NCBI GenBank assembly: GCA_017421025.1
Contig: JAFQME010000015.1
Span: forward strand, 5,399-69,398
DNA from: Oscillospiraceae bacterium
Lineage (GTDB): Bacteria > Bacillota > Clostridia > Oscillospirales > JAAYXM01
Direction: 5' to 3'
Length of the DNA: 64,000 nucleotides
Notes under the pieces: model-generated
The model's input: only the letters and a program-made list of their open reading frames with translations
Databases searched by the model: none
Told to the model about the DNA's origin: nothing
Program-made: the position numbers and the translations under genes
Shown: piece after piece, positions 44,865 to 54,874 of the stretch
Layout of the letters: every line of letters begins with the position of its first letter
How positions within the stretch are numbered: the first letter of the stretch is position 1

Positions 44865-46751
44865 ATGAAACACGGATTTTGGAAAGTAGCAGCAGCATCG
44901 CCTTGCATCTCGCTTGGAGACCCTGCGCAAAATGCGGTCGAAATCGTGCGTGCCGCCAAAGCAGCACAGTCTGAAGGCGCCGCACTTGTGGTATTCCCCG
45001 AACTTTGCCTCTCCGGGTATAGCTTGGGCGATCTCTTCCTGCAGTCCGCCCTGCGTCAGAGCGTGCTGGATGCGCTGGGGGCGCTCGTGCGTGCAAGTGA
45101 AAAACTCTCCTGTGCCATGGTAATCGGTCTGCCGCTTGCCATTGGCGGTGCGCTCTATGACTGCGCAGCGCTTCTCTGCCGTGGTGAGATTTGCGGGATC
45201 GTTCCAAAAGCACACTTGGCAGAAGACCAAAAACGTGTCTTTTCCCCGGGCGAAGCCCTTTCGGGGAGCATCTCGCTGTTTGGCGAGGAAGTCCCGGTGG
45301 GCGATCTTCTCTTCACCGTTGACGAAGCGACGGTTGCAATCGAAATCGGGTGCGATGTCCTCGCCCCCATTTCTCCGAGTGTCCTCCATACCATGGCGGG
45401 CGCAGAAGTTGTGGTCAACCCCGGCGCAAGCCCTGCGTGGGTGACCCGTGCGCAGTATCTGGAAGAAAGTGTGAAAACCCTGTCGGGTCGTTTGACTTGC
45501 GGCTATATCTACGCAGGTGCAGCGGCAGGCGAGTCCACCACCGATGTGGTCTATTCCCAGCATCTGTTTGCTTGTGAAAACGGAGAGCTTTTGGCAAAAA
45601 GCCGTGAAATCCTGCATCAGAAGCCTGCACTTCTCCTCACCGATTTGGATCTTGACCGAATCAAAAACGAGCGTATCAAACGTGGTATGGGAACCGACGA
45701 GGCAGGATACCTGCACGTTGCAACCGGTGCAACCGCAAAGGATGCGCCGCTTTCCCGTGTCATTTCCCGTTCTCCGTTTATCCCGGAAGTGGGTGCGGAA
45801 GAGCGTTTTTCTGAAATTTTCGATCTCCAGGCAGCGGCGCTGAGCGCACGTCTTTCCTGTGTAAAAACCACCCGTGCGGTGATTGCGGTCTCGGGCGGCT
45901 TGGATTCCACCCTCGCACTCCTCGTCACCGTACACGCACTGGATGCCCTCGGTGCACCGAGAGAAAACATCACCGCCATCACCATGCCGGGATTTGGCAC
46001 CAGTGACCGCACCTATGATAACGCAATGACCCTGATGAATCGGCTGGGTCTCACCGTGCGGGAAATCTCGATCAAGGATGCGTGTATCCAGCATTTTTCC
46101 GATATCGGGCACGATATGAATACCCACAATGCGGTCTACGAAAACGGACAAGCACGGGAGCGCACCCAAATCGCGATGGATATCGCAAACCAAGTGGGCG
46201 GCATCCAGGTGGGCACAGGGGACCTGTCCGAATTGGCTCTGGGTTGGGCGACCTACGGTGGCGACCATATGTCCATGTACGGGGTCAACGGCTCGATTCC
46301 CAAAACCCTGATGCAGCACATGGTGACCTATGCTGCACACCTGCCGGAATTTGAATGTGTGAAAGAGTGCCTGCTCGACATCGTCGCCACCCCAATCAGC
46401 CCCGAGCTCCTGCCGCTCAAAGACGGTGAGATGCAGCAGAAAACCGAAGGCATTGTGGGTCCCTATGAGCTCCACGATTTCTTCCTCTTCTATCTCCTGC
46501 GCTACGGCTACTCCCCGAAAAAGATTTATTTTATGGCATGCCATGCCTTTGCCGGCGTGTATGAAAAAGAAGTCATCAAAACCTGGCTTGTAACCTTCCT
46601 GCGCCGTTTCTTTGCCCAACAGTTCAAACGCTCCTGCCTGCCCGACGGCCCTGCTGTCGGCTCGGTGAGCGTCTCGCCCCGCTGTGGCTGGATGGTCCCG
46701 ACCGATGCACGAAGCACCGCCTGGCTCCGAGAAGCAGAGGATCTGAAATAG
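44865..46751 (+). CDS. nadE: glutamine-dependent NAD+ synthase (CN-hydrolase + NAD synthetase domains)
   Basis: The N-terminal nitrilase-like domain reads VVFPELCLSGY and the PP-loop reads VIAVSGGLDSTLA. Size is 628 aa. Confidence 0.9.
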   Translation: MKHGFWKVAAASPCISLGDPAQNAVEIVRAAKAAQSEGAALVVFPELCLSGYSLGDLFLQSALRQSVLDALGALVRASEKLSCAMVIGLPLAIGGALYDCAALLCRGEICGIVPKAHLAEDQKRVFSPGEALSGSISLFGEEVPVGDLLFTVDEATVAIEIGCDVLAPISPSVLHTMAGAEVVVNPGASPAWVTRAQYLEESVKTLSGRLTCGYIYAGAAAGESTTDVVYSQHLFACENGELLAKSREILHQKPALLLTDLDLDRIKNERIKRGMGTDEAGYLHVATGATAKDAPLSRVISRSPFIPEVGAEERFSEIFDLQAAALSARLSCVKTTRAVIAVSGGLDSTLALLVTVHALDALGAPRENITAITMPGFGTSDRTYDNAMTLMNRLGLTVREISIKDACIQHFSDIGHDMNTHNAVYENGQARERTQIAMDIANQVGGIQVGTGDLSELALGWATYGGDHMSMYGVNGSIPKTLMQHMVTYAAHLPEFECVKECLLDIVATPISPELLPLKDGEMQQKTEGIVGPYELHDFFLFYLLRYGYSPKKIYFMACHAFAGVYEKEVIKTWLVTFLRRFFAQQFKRSCLPDGPAVGSVSVSPRCGWMVPTDARSTAWLREAEDLK

Positions 46752-46766
46752 AAAGGGTCTGAAACA

Positions 46767-48194
46767 ATGAAAAAAACACTGCTACGCCTCGCTCTTGGGC
46801 TTGTCGTGTTGTTTACTTTGGTTTCCATCGCATCAGCAAAGAATCAGCAAGCGGTCAGGGTGTATTTGGATCGTGAGCAATTATCGTTTGATGTTCCGGC
46901 GCAAATCATAAACAACAGAACCATGGTCCCGCTTCGGGGAATCTTCGAAAAACTTGGTGCAACGGTTGACTGGAACGGCGAAACCAAAACAGTTGTATCC
47001 AATAGAAACGATGTTACCATTCAGTTGACCATTGGCAGTCCTGTGATGTATGTAAATGGCACTGCGATCACACTTGATACACCTGCTTGTGTGGTGAACA
47101 AAAGAACTCTTGTTCCGGTTCGGGCAATCTCTGAAGCGTTCAAAATCGAAGTAGAATGGAATGGAACTACTCGCTGTGTAGATTTGTTTTCCAAATACAG
47201 AGAAAGTGATTGGGACAAATCAAGTCTTTCGCATAACGGGACATCGAAAACCCTCATATCCACAAACAAACTGGTGGATGAAGTGGTTTCTATGACGATT
47301 GAAGACGATTTTCTGGTATATCGTTACAAGAGTGATGCAAAGCAGATTTTTGGGATCGACATCAATCTGTATTATGATGTGACATATGATGATAGAGGTT
47401 GGATCGAAGATTTTGAACGCATATCCTTCAAAAATCAAAGCGAAACGCCGAAATTGGAAGCAGAACTGAAAGTTCCGCTCAGAGAAATCCCACCAAATGC
47501 AAGAATCCAACCGTATGTGGATTTTGTCAGCAATGAAACCATTCTCATCGACGGAAAAGAATATCCATTGAAAAATGACAGGAAACTCTATTTTTGTGAC
47601 GGTTTGAACGATAAAAACCCCATTTATGTTGATGCCTTTGAAAAAGTATTTAGAAAAGATGCAGCCCCTGTGTGGGAGCACAACAAAACAATTCTCTCAA
47701 AGTGGAAAAATCCTGCGCATTATCTCAATTCCTGTCTCCCTGCGGAAATCGTAAGCGTTTCCAATCAAATTTGCGAAAATACAGTCGATGAATACGAAAA
47801 AATTAAGAAAATCAATCAGTGGGTCGCCACAAATATTGTTTACGATTATGAATATTATGAGGGCAAAAAAACCACAGGATATCTTGAACCGCTGGATGTT
47901 CTTCATCATAAATTAACCGTATGTGAGGGTTATGCCAATTTGACCAGAGCGTTGATCCAAGCGCAAAATATCCCTTGCCAAAAAGTTTCGGGATATGCCC
48001 TTGGCCTTGGCACAAAAGGTGTTTGGGATGAAACGAATCTCAAAATAACAGAGTCGAACCATGCTTGGAACCGTGCGTATGTCAAGAATCGTTGGGTGAA
48101 TCTTGATTCCACTTGGGACGACGGCTCTGTCAGATATTTTGATATGTCGGATTACCAATTTTCAGACACCCACAAGATTATGCGTATTGAGTAG
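46767..48194 (+). CDS. secreted protein: copper amine oxidase N-terminal-like (stalk) domain + transglutaminase-like cysteine protease core
   Basis: Signal peptide. NRTMVPLRGIFEKLGATVDWN and KRTLVPVRAISEAFKIEVEWN repeats. C-terminal Cys/His/Asp contexts are LTVCEGYANL, NHAWNRAYV and NLDSTWD. The gene is visibly more AT-rich than its flanks. Confidence 0.75.
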   Translation: MKKTLLRLALGLVVLFTLVSIASAKNQQAVRVYLDREQLSFDVPAQIINNRTMVPLRGIFEKLGATVDWNGETKTVVSNRNDVTIQLTIGSPVMYVNGTAITLDTPACVVNKRTLVPVRAISEAFKIEVEWNGTTRCVDLFSKYRESDWDKSSLSHNGTSKTLISTNKLVDEVVSMTIEDDFLVYRYKSDAKQIFGIDINLYYDVTYDDRGWIEDFERISFKNQSETPKLEAELKVPLREIPPNARIQPYVDFVSNETILIDGKEYPLKNDRKLYFCDGLNDKNPIYVDAFEKVFRKDAAPVWEHNKTILSKWKNPAHYLNSCLPAEIVSVSNQICENTVDEYEKIKKINQWVATNIVYDYEYYEGKKTTGYLEPLDVLHHKLTVCEGYANLTRALIQAQNIPCQKVSGYALGLGTKGVWDETNLKITESNHAWNRAYVKNRWVNLDSTWDDGSVRYFDMSDYQFSDTHKIMRIE

Positions 48195-48206
48195 GCTGTA
48201 AACAGT

Positions 48207-48286
48207 AAAAAAGAGTGGACATTAGGCGGCTTCATATAGGGATGATTCGTCCCTAAGGGATGACGCCTTTGTCCACTCTTTTTTTA
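48207..48286. terminator. bidirectional compound hairpin terminator
   Basis: aagagtggac pairs with gtccactctt across nested inner stems, with an A6 run before and a T7 run after. Confidence 0.7.
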
Positions 48287-49117
48287 ATCCAAAATTCCGG
48301 TTTTCGCAAATGCAAAAATGCTTTCACGCACAAGGGTCTGGAATTTTTCTTTGACCATATTTGCGGTTTCCTGCACCTCGTCGTGGGTGAGTTTGTCGGA
48401 AGAAAGTCCTGCTGCGAGGTTGGAAATGCAGCTGATGCCGCAAACCCGCATCCCCATGTGATGCGCCGCAATCGCTTCGCATACGGTACTCATCCCAACC
48501 GCATCCGCACCCAAACGAGCCATCATGCGGATTTCGGCAGAGGTCTCGAAATTCGGGCCGGTCAACTGGAAATATACCCCTTTTTGGAGCGGGATTTTCT
48601 GCTCGCTTGCGGTTTGCTCAATGAGCTCGCAAAGCTCCTTGTCATACACCCGAGTCATGTCCGGGAAACGGGTGCCGAGTTCGTCAATATTCTTGCCGAG
48701 GAGTGGCGAGGGGACAAACGAGGACACATGATCCTCAATCATCATGAGATCCCCACGGGAGAAGTTGGGATTTAAGCCGCCTGCGGCATTACTCAAAAAC
48801 AGTACCTTTGCGCCGAGCAGCCCCATCAGTCGAATGGGCAGGACCACCTGCTGCATGGGATAGCCTTCATAGTAGTGGACCCGTCCCTGCATGGCGATCA
48901 TGGGCACCTCGCCCAAATACCCCAAAAGGAATTGCCCGGAATGTCCGGGAACAGTGGAAATCGGAAAACCCGGAATCTCCGAATAGGGGATCCGGTCAAC
49001 CACCTTGAGTTCCTCCGCAAAGCCGCCAAGCCCCGATCCCAAAACCAATGCAAGGCGAGGGGTGATTTCGGTTTTATCCCGCAGGACTTGGAGCGCTGTG
49101 TTTAACGCATGCATCAT
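48284..49117 (-). CDS. punA: purine nucleoside phosphorylase (PunA/PNP family 2)
   Basis: LVLGSGLGGFAEEL...IPGFPISTVPGHSGQFLLG...MQGRVHYYEGY is the classic PNP signature. Confidence 0.92.
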   Translation of the reverse strand: MMHALNTALQVLRDKTEITPRLALVLGSGLGGFAEELKVVDRIPYSEIPGFPISTVPGHSGQFLLGYLGEVPMIAMQGRVHYYEGYPMQQVVLPIRLMGLLGAKVLFLSNAAGGLNPNFSRGDLMMIEDHVSSFVPSPLLGKNIDELGTRFPDMTRVYDKELCELIEQTASEQKIPLQKGVYFQLTGPNFETSAEIRMMARLGADAVGMSTVCEAIAAHHMGMRVCGISCISNLAAGLSSDKLTHDEVQETANMVKEKFQTLVRESIFAFAKTGILD

Positions 49118-49127
49118 TTCGTTTCAC

Positions 49128-51218
49128 CTACACATGGAAGAGCAGCTGGCTGTAAGTCGGATACGGCCAGTAATCTTCACCGGTTAAAGTTTCAATCTCA
49201 TCCGCCGCAGCACGAACGGCTGCCATATCGGGCAGGATGACATCACGGTAATACTCGGCAAGTGCTTTGCAGTCCGAGTACAACCGCACACCACGTAAAT
49301 CTTTTTCCAATCCCTCGGTCATGCGGTACATCTCGGAAGAGAGCTTGGAAAGACGGGAAATCAGCGAGGTTTCCAACTCCATCTCCACGCCGGGCAGCAG
49401 TGCTTTCTTCTGCATTGCGGTCTCGGAAAGATCGTGGATATAAGCAGAGACTGCGGGGAAGATATCCTTTCTCGCCATCTCAAGCATGGTGAGTGCTTCA
49501 ATGTTGAGGGTCTTTGCATAGACCTCCATCAAAATCTCGTAACGGGAGTGTACTTCGCTTTCCGAATACACACGGTGACGGGAGAACATCGCAATGTTCT
49601 TTTCCGAAATATAGTAGGGAAGCGCATCTGCGGTGGTCTTGAGATTCAAAAGCCCACGGCGTGCAGCTTCTTCCGCCCAGTCCTCCGAGTAGTTATTGCC
49701 GTTGAAGATGATGCGCTTGTGTTCCCGATAGGTACGGCGAATCAAGCGGTTGAGCGCATGAGAAAAGTCCTCCGCCTCTTCCAACTCATCTGCAAACTGC
49801 ATCAGAGTATCCGCCATAATGGTATTTAAGATGACATTCGGGCAGGAAATGGAAATCGCACTGCCCAGCATACGGAATTCAAACTTATTGCCGGTAAAGG
49901 CAAACGGAGAGGTACGGTTGCGGTCGGTGGTGTCCTGACGGAGTCTGGGCAGTACATCCACACCCAACTTCAAATCCGTGCGATCCTTCGGGTCGTAAAC
50001 CTCTTTTTTCTCAAGCGACTCCAAAAGGTCGGTGAGATCATCACCAAGGAAAATAGAAATGATTGCCGGCGGAGCTTCGTTGCCGCCCAAACGGTGGTCA
50101 TTTCCTGCACTTGCAACCGAAACACGGAGCAGATCCTGATGCTCATCCACTGCCTTAATCATTGCAACGAGGAAGAGCAAGAATCTTGCGTTGTTCTGCG
50201 GAGAAGTGCCGGGATTGAGGAGGTTGATGCCGGTGTCGGTGCAGAGCGACCAGTTGTCGTGTTTACCGCTGCCGTTGACACCTGCAAACGGTTTTTCATG
50301 CAACAGGCAGGACAGACCATGCCGTGCTGCCACGGTTTTCATCAGCTCCATGGTGAGCTGGTTGTGATCCGCTGCACGGTTGACATCGGTGAAGATGGGC
50401 GCCAACTCGTGCTGAGCGGGAGCCACTTCGTTGTGCTCGGTTTTGGAATACACACCAAGCTTCCAAAGCTCTTCGTTGAGCTCGTTCATAAACGCCTGCA
50501 CACGGGGCTTGATTGCGCCGAAATAGTGGTCGTCCATCTCCTGACCCTTCGGCGGCTTTGCACCAAACAGGGTGCGCCCGCAGAACAATAAATCTTTTCT
50601 CTGATCGTGCAGTTCTTTGTCGATGAGGAAATACTCCTGCTCTGCGCCGCAGGACGGAATCACACGGGAAACGTCGGTGTCCCCAAAGAGTGCAAGAATA
50701 CGGCGTGCCTGACGGTCGAGTGCGTCGGTCGCACGCAGAAGCGGGGTCTTTTTGTCCAAAACCGATCCGCCGTAGGAGTAGAAAATAGTGGGGATGCAAA
50801 GGGTTCCATCCTTGATAAAAGCATAGGAACTCGGGTCCCATGCGGTGTATCCGCGTGCTTCAAAGGTTGCACGCAATCCGCCCGACGGGAAACTGGATGC
50901 ATCCGGCTCGCCCTTGACCAACTCTTTTCCCGAAAAGTCCATGATGACCTTTCCGTCACCCGCAGGGGAGATAAAACTGTCGTGTTTTTCTGCGGTCACG
51001 CCGGTCATCGGCTGGAACCAATGGGTATAGTGAGTCGCACCGTGCTCCACCGCCCAGTCTTTCATTGCGGTTGCCATTGCATCCGCAACATCCAAATCCA
51101 GGGTCTGACGTGCTTCCAAACATTTACGGAAGGCATTGTACACAGGCGCAGGCAAGCGCTCACGCATGGCGTCGTCACCAAAGACCATGCTGCCAAAAAT
51201 TTCGGGAACGTGATTCAT
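49128..51218 (-). CDS. glnN: glutamine synthetase type III
   Basis: 696 aa. The N-terminus FGSMVFGDDAMRERLPAPVY...HYTHWFQPMTG is typical of GSIII. Confidence 0.9.
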   Translation of the reverse strand: MNHVPEIFGSMVFGDDAMRERLPAPVYNAFRKCLEARQTLDLDVADAMATAMKDWAVEHGATHYTHWFQPMTGVTAEKHDSFISPAGDGKVIMDFSGKELVKGEPDASSFPSGGLRATFEARGYTAWDPSSYAFIKDGTLCIPTIFYSYGGSVLDKKTPLLRATDALDRQARRILALFGDTDVSRVIPSCGAEQEYFLIDKELHDQRKDLLFCGRTLFGAKPPKGQEMDDHYFGAIKPRVQAFMNELNEELWKLGVYSKTEHNEVAPAQHELAPIFTDVNRAADHNQLTMELMKTVAARHGLSCLLHEKPFAGVNGSGKHDNWSLCTDTGINLLNPGTSPQNNARFLLFLVAMIKAVDEHQDLLRVSVASAGNDHRLGGNEAPPAIISIFLGDDLTDLLESLEKKEVYDPKDRTDLKLGVDVLPRLRQDTTDRNRTSPFAFTGNKFEFRMLGSAISISCPNVILNTIMADTLMQFADELEEAEDFSHALNRLIRRTYREHKRIIFNGNNYSEDWAEEAARRGLLNLKTTADALPYYISEKNIAMFSRHRVYSESEVHSRYEILMEVYAKTLNIEALTMLEMARKDIFPAVSAYIHDLSETAMQKKALLPGVEMELETSLISRLSKLSSEMYRMTEGLEKDLRGVRLYSDCKALAEYYRDVILPDMAAVRAAADEIETLTGEDYWPYPTYSQLLFHV

Positions 51219-51287
51219 AGCGAATCTCCTCTCTGATAGGAGTGTTTCTGTGGAAAAGGCATTTTGCCGCCTTTACATATACAGAGT

Positions 51288-51317
51288 TATTGTAAGTCGA
51301 AACGCCTCGTTTTGTCA
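51288..51317 (-). promoter_or_regulatory. sigma-A-type promoter of glnN
   Basis: On the minus strand: TTGACA, an 18-nt spacer, then TACAAT. Confidence 0.5.
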
Positions 51318-51325
51318 AGTGACGG

Positions 51326-51354
51326 ATTGAAAAAGAGGGGAAACGGGTGTATAA
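51326..51354 (+). promoter_or_regulatory. sigma-A-type promoter of the thioesterase gene
   Basis: TTGAAA, a 17-nt spacer, then TATAAT. Confidence 0.55.
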
Positions 51355-51384
51355 TAAGGATACTTTGAAAGTCAGGTGACGTAT

Positions 51385-52122
51385 ATGGTAACATTACTTG
51401 AAAACGGGAGTTTGGCACAGGAAGAAATCACTGTGCACTCTTACGATTGCGATAAAGAACAAAACATGCGCCCAAGCGCAATCCTGCGCTATCTGCAAGA
51501 GATTGCGGGTGCACACTGTGCGCTCTTGGGCATGGATTACGATCACTTAGCCAAAAACGATGGTGTTTTTCTCATTGTGCGGCAGAGCATGAACCTCTAT
51601 CGTATTCCGAAAAAAGATGAAGTGCTCCTCCTTTCTACCTGGCATCGGGGAACCAAGGGGGTACAAAGTTATCGTGAAACACAGATTACCACCCGTGACG
51701 GGGAAGTGCTCGTTGATTCCACCGGCGTTTGGATTTTGGCGCATGTGAGCGACCATCGCATTTGGCGACCCTCAGATTTCACCGCATTTCAAATCCCGCA
51801 CAGACCCGAACCCGTGCTGCCCACCCGCCCCGAGAAACTGCGTGCCCCGGCCGAGATGGAAGCAATCGGGTTCCGCCCCATCCGTTATACCGATATTGAC
51901 TACAACCGCCATGTGAATAATTGTGTGTATGCGGACATTCTGTGTGACTTCATGCCCGGCGGCATGGAGGGTAAGAAACTTTCCACTTTGGACATCGCCT
52001 ATATTGCAGAAGCGAAGGAGGGAGATACCCTCCGCATCCTTGCGCAAGAGTGCGAGAACGGACTCTGGATGCGTGGGGAGCATGAGCGTGGAAAATGTTT
52101 TGAAATCCACTGTACATTTTAA
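51385..52122 (+). CDS. acyl-ACP thioesterase
   Basis: Double hotdog pattern (HSYDCDKEQNMRPSAILRYLQE..., IRYTDIDYNRHVNN). ATG 51385 follows AGGTGA. Confidence 0.82.
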   Translation: MVTLLENGSLAQEEITVHSYDCDKEQNMRPSAILRYLQEIAGAHCALLGMDYDHLAKNDGVFLIVRQSMNLYRIPKKDEVLLLSTWHRGTKGVQSYRETQITTRDGEVLVDSTGVWILAHVSDHRIWRPSDFTAFQIPHRPEPVLPTRPEKLRAPAEMEAIGFRPIRYTDIDYNRHVNNCVYADILCDFMPGGMEGKKLSTLDIAYIAEAKEGDTLRILAQECENGLWMRGEHERGKCFEIHCTF

Positions 52123-52166
52123 GCGGTGTATGATACAATGAGCCAAACGAAGGGAGAGGATTTTTT

Positions 52167-54200
52167 ATGAAAACCTTGCGTGAAAAAATTAAGGCGGGTC
52201 AGCAGCTTCGTATTGCAGCAATTCAGTTTGAACAGACCCGTGAGGATACTTTCTCGGTCACCGATACTTTGACCGAAGCAAAGTTCGACACCGAGCAGCT
52301 GCTCCACCCGATGGCGACAGCGGTCTTTGCATCCTATGAAAAGGATAAACACGAGGAAGACCTGCGGAAGTACATCGCTGCGGCAAACGGCAGAAGCATC
52401 ATTTTGTATGCAAACGTCCATTGCTTGGCTGGAGATGTGATGGCAAAAAACCCGTCTTGGGCATGCCGCACCGAAGCCGGTGAGGATTATGTGATTTACA
52501 GCACCTATAAACGTCAGTGCATCAACTCGCCGTGGCGAGATTCCTTTCTGCACGATGTAAGCGATATGACCGCACAGAATATTCAGGGCATTTTCCTGGA
52601 CGGTCCGTCCATGCCCCAGCAGGGCTGCTTCTGTGAAAGCTGCCGTGCGCTCTTTGAAAAAACCTACGGTCATCCCATCGGTGATGCAACTCCGGCTGAG
52701 ATGAACGAGTTCAAAATTAAGAGTAACCAGCGGTTCCTCAAGGATGTCGGAGACGCCATCCGTGCTTCCGGAAAAGACATTCTGCTCTATAACAACTGTG
52801 CTCTGCCTGACAGCATCGTGGACTGCTCGCTGGACGATGTCTATGATTATGTGGATATTCTGGGCACCGAGGGCGGCTTTAACTTCTACGTCAACCCGAA
52901 CAACATCTCGCTTTGGAAGGGCAGCCGCTGTGCGAAGTACCTGGAAGCCAAAGCATACGGAAAACCCACCGTCCTCTTCTGCGCAGGCAACCACCAGCCG
53001 TGGGCACGTGCGATGCACACGGCGGCAGAAAACGAACTGCTTTATGCCTATACCATCGCAAACGGTGCCTCCATTTGGTACGGCATCCATGGCCCGATCG
53101 AGCAGTACAACACCCCGGGCGGAAAAGCAGCACTGAAATGGAATCGCTTCATGGCGGAAAACGAAGAATGGTATACCGCAACAAAGCGTGTCGCCACCTC
53201 GGCACTCGTTTGGTCGAAACCCACCTACCGCCATTTCCCGGAAGCGGTCGCAAAGACCGACTTCACCTCGGATGTGGACGGCGGCGGAAACACCACTTAC
53301 GGTTCGTTCCAGAAAGAGTTCTACGGGCTCTATGACATTATGAGCCGTGCACACTCCCAGTTTACCATGATCGACGAAATCAATCTGGAAAAAGACGACC
53401 TCTCTTCTTATACACAGCTCGTTCTCCCGAATCTGATTTGCCTGTCTGATGCGCATGCAAACATCCTCCGCAACTTTGTCGCACAGGGCGGTAATTTGAT
53501 TTTCACCGGCGCAACCGGTATTTGTGACGAAAACGGCAAGGTCCGTGACATCCCGGTGCTCGCAGACCTCGTCGGCATGAAAGGGAAACCCGAAATTAAG
53601 AATTTCCAGGACGGCTGCGGTTACCTCACCCTGCATGACAAGTCCTTTGGTGCGGATTGTAACCATGACTTGCTCGAGGGCTTTATCGGTACCGTGCTGA
53701 AAGCCGAGTACGATGCGGACATCATCGCAAGCATCAACGAGCCGATGGCAGGCAGATACTCGTACTACAACGAGGACCTCTTCCCGGCAATCGTCACCAA
53801 GACCTATGGCAAGGGTCGTGTGGTCTATTTCGCAGGTAACATCGGTTACTCTTGGAATGACTTCGGTCCGGCAGACTTAAAGCACCTCTTCTCGAACATC
53901 GCAATCGCACATGATGCCGATGCAGTCACAGTTGAGGGCGCTTATGAATCTGTGGAAGTCCTGCTTCGTGAGAAAGGCGATGCAAAACTTCTCCACCTGG
54001 TGAACTACACCGGCGCAATGCAGCGTCCGATTGAAAACATCATTCCGAATACCGGCATCAAAGTCAAAGTGAAGAAAGACAAAGCAACCTCGGTCAAAAC
54101 CTTGGTCGGCGGCCGTGAGCTTCCGTTTGTGGTGTCTGACGGTTACGTCACCTTCACCGCAGACGTTTCCGGTGCATACGAAGTTGTTGTAATTGAATAA
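52167..54200 (+). CDS. putative glycoside hydrolase-like protein (GHL6-type TIM barrel + GH42-middle-domain-like)
   Basis: 677 aa. The GCFCESCRALFEKTYGH motif is typical of GHL6-like proteins. The middle domain has LVLPNLICLSDAHANILRNFVAQGGNLIFTG. No signal peptide. Confidence 0.55.
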   Translation: MKTLREKIKAGQQLRIAAIQFEQTREDTFSVTDTLTEAKFDTEQLLHPMATAVFASYEKDKHEEDLRKYIAAANGRSIILYANVHCLAGDVMAKNPSWACRTEAGEDYVIYSTYKRQCINSPWRDSFLHDVSDMTAQNIQGIFLDGPSMPQQGCFCESCRALFEKTYGHPIGDATPAEMNEFKIKSNQRFLKDVGDAIRASGKDILLYNNCALPDSIVDCSLDDVYDYVDILGTEGGFNFYVNPNNISLWKGSRCAKYLEAKAYGKPTVLFCAGNHQPWARAMHTAAENELLYAYTIANGASIWYGIHGPIEQYNTPGGKAALKWNRFMAENEEWYTATKRVATSALVWSKPTYRHFPEAVAKTDFTSDVDGGGNTTYGSFQKEFYGLYDIMSRAHSQFTMIDEINLEKDDLSSYTQLVLPNLICLSDAHANILRNFVAQGGNLIFTGATGICDENGKVRDIPVLADLVGMKGKPEIKNFQDGCGYLTLHDKSFGADCNHDLLEGFIGTVLKAEYDADIIASINEPMAGRYSYYNEDLFPAIVTKTYGKGRVVYFAGNIGYSWNDFGPADLKHLFSNIAIAHDADAVTVEGAYESVEVLLREKGDAKLLHLVNYTGAMQRPIENIIPNTGIKVKVKKDKATSVKTLVGGRELPFVVSDGYVTFTADVSGAYEVVVIE

Positions 54201-54218
54201 GCTCCCCTGTTATTTCAC

Positions 54219-54252
54219 AAAAAATCCTGCAAGTTTCCTTGCAGGATTTTTT
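54219..54252. terminator. bidirectional terminator
   Basis: tcctgcaag / cttgcagga stem flanked by A6 and T6 runs. Confidence 0.85.
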
Positions 54253-54253
54253 C

Positions 54254-54685
54254 TTATTTGTGATCAACCAGTGCAACTTTACAGGTGATTTCCCATTTTG
54301 CGGTGTTGCCTCGATACCGCCCTTTGTTTTCGGTAATGGTAATTGTGGTGGATGTTGTAAAACCATCCACCAAATCTACAGACAATGAACCAAAACCAAC
54401 GTCAGACCACTTGTCGGCTTCGGTGATGGTTGCATTTATCACCACCGTTTTGACGGCACCAAGGGGAACCTCCAACCGTTTGCCACTTGAAAAGGGTGAA
54501 CCATCGCAGGTATAAACCTTTCGCCAATCATTCCCAACGGAGTTGTTATATTGGAGCGATGCAGAAATACTGATCTCATATACATCACGTGTGTATACCG
54601 GGGGAGTGATCTGCTTTGTTTGCTTAATGCATCCCGTCAAGGGGAACGCTAGAACCATACACAGAAATAAAAGGCATTTCCGCAC
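54254..54685 (-). CDS. small lipoprotein of unknown function (start uncertain)
   Basis: (V)RKCLLFLCMVLAFPLTGC lipobox. The candidate GTG start is at 54685. AT-richer than the neighbours. Confidence 0.55.
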   Translation of the reverse strand: MRKCLLFLCMVLAFPLTGCIKQTKQITPPVYTRDVYEISISASLQYNNSVGNDWRKVYTCDGSPFSSGKRLEVPLGAVKTVVINATITEADKWSDVGFGSLSVDLVDGFTTSTTITITENKGRYRGNTAKWEITCKVALVDHK

Positions 54686-54700
54686 ATCTACCACCCCAAT

Positions 54701-54868
54701 AAAAAAGCACACCCCCGAAGGAGTGCGCCGAAAAAGTGTTTCCCTCGGTTTCGTTACCACACTACACCGACAATCTAGATCCGCAAGGGAATAAGAGAAA
54801 ACACCTTTTACCAAGGTAGTTTTCCTCTTGCGGATAAAAAAATGTCATATTAAAATGTAGTGTGGTAT
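54701..54868 (-). promoter_or_regulatory. structured 5' leader with closing stem, long inner hairpin and intrinsic terminator (class not recognised)
   Basis: On the minus strand, an 11-bp outer stem pairs ACCACACUACA (54866-54856) with UGUAGUGUGGU (54766-54756). The inner hairpin pairs AUCCGCAAGAGG with CCCUUGCGGAU (54835-54779). The terminator gcgcacucc/ggggugugc plus U6 lies at 54728-54701, about 15 nt before the start codon. Confidence 0.5.
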
Positions 54869-54874
54869 GGTGTT

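Noticed and set aside
44754-46619. 621-aa ORF antisense to nadE, and 515-aa ORF (52119..53666) antisense to the GHL6-like gene
   Set aside because: These are the same shadow-ORF phenomenon. The sense frames carry the PP-loop (SGGLDS) and CN-hydrolase motifs, or the GHL6/GH42M-type motifs.
51219-51290. GlnR/TnrA box (TGTNAN7TNACA) upstream of the type III glutamine synthetase gene
   Set aside because: Only TTACA...TGTAT in the wrong arrangement is present. There is no 17-bp palindrome matching the consensus.
54779-54862. 28-codon ORF (MTFFYPQEENYLGKRCFLLFPCGSRLSV) inside the lipoprotein leader
   Set aside because: No RBS precedes its ATG, and it coincides with the long hairpin. It is more likely non-coding structure.
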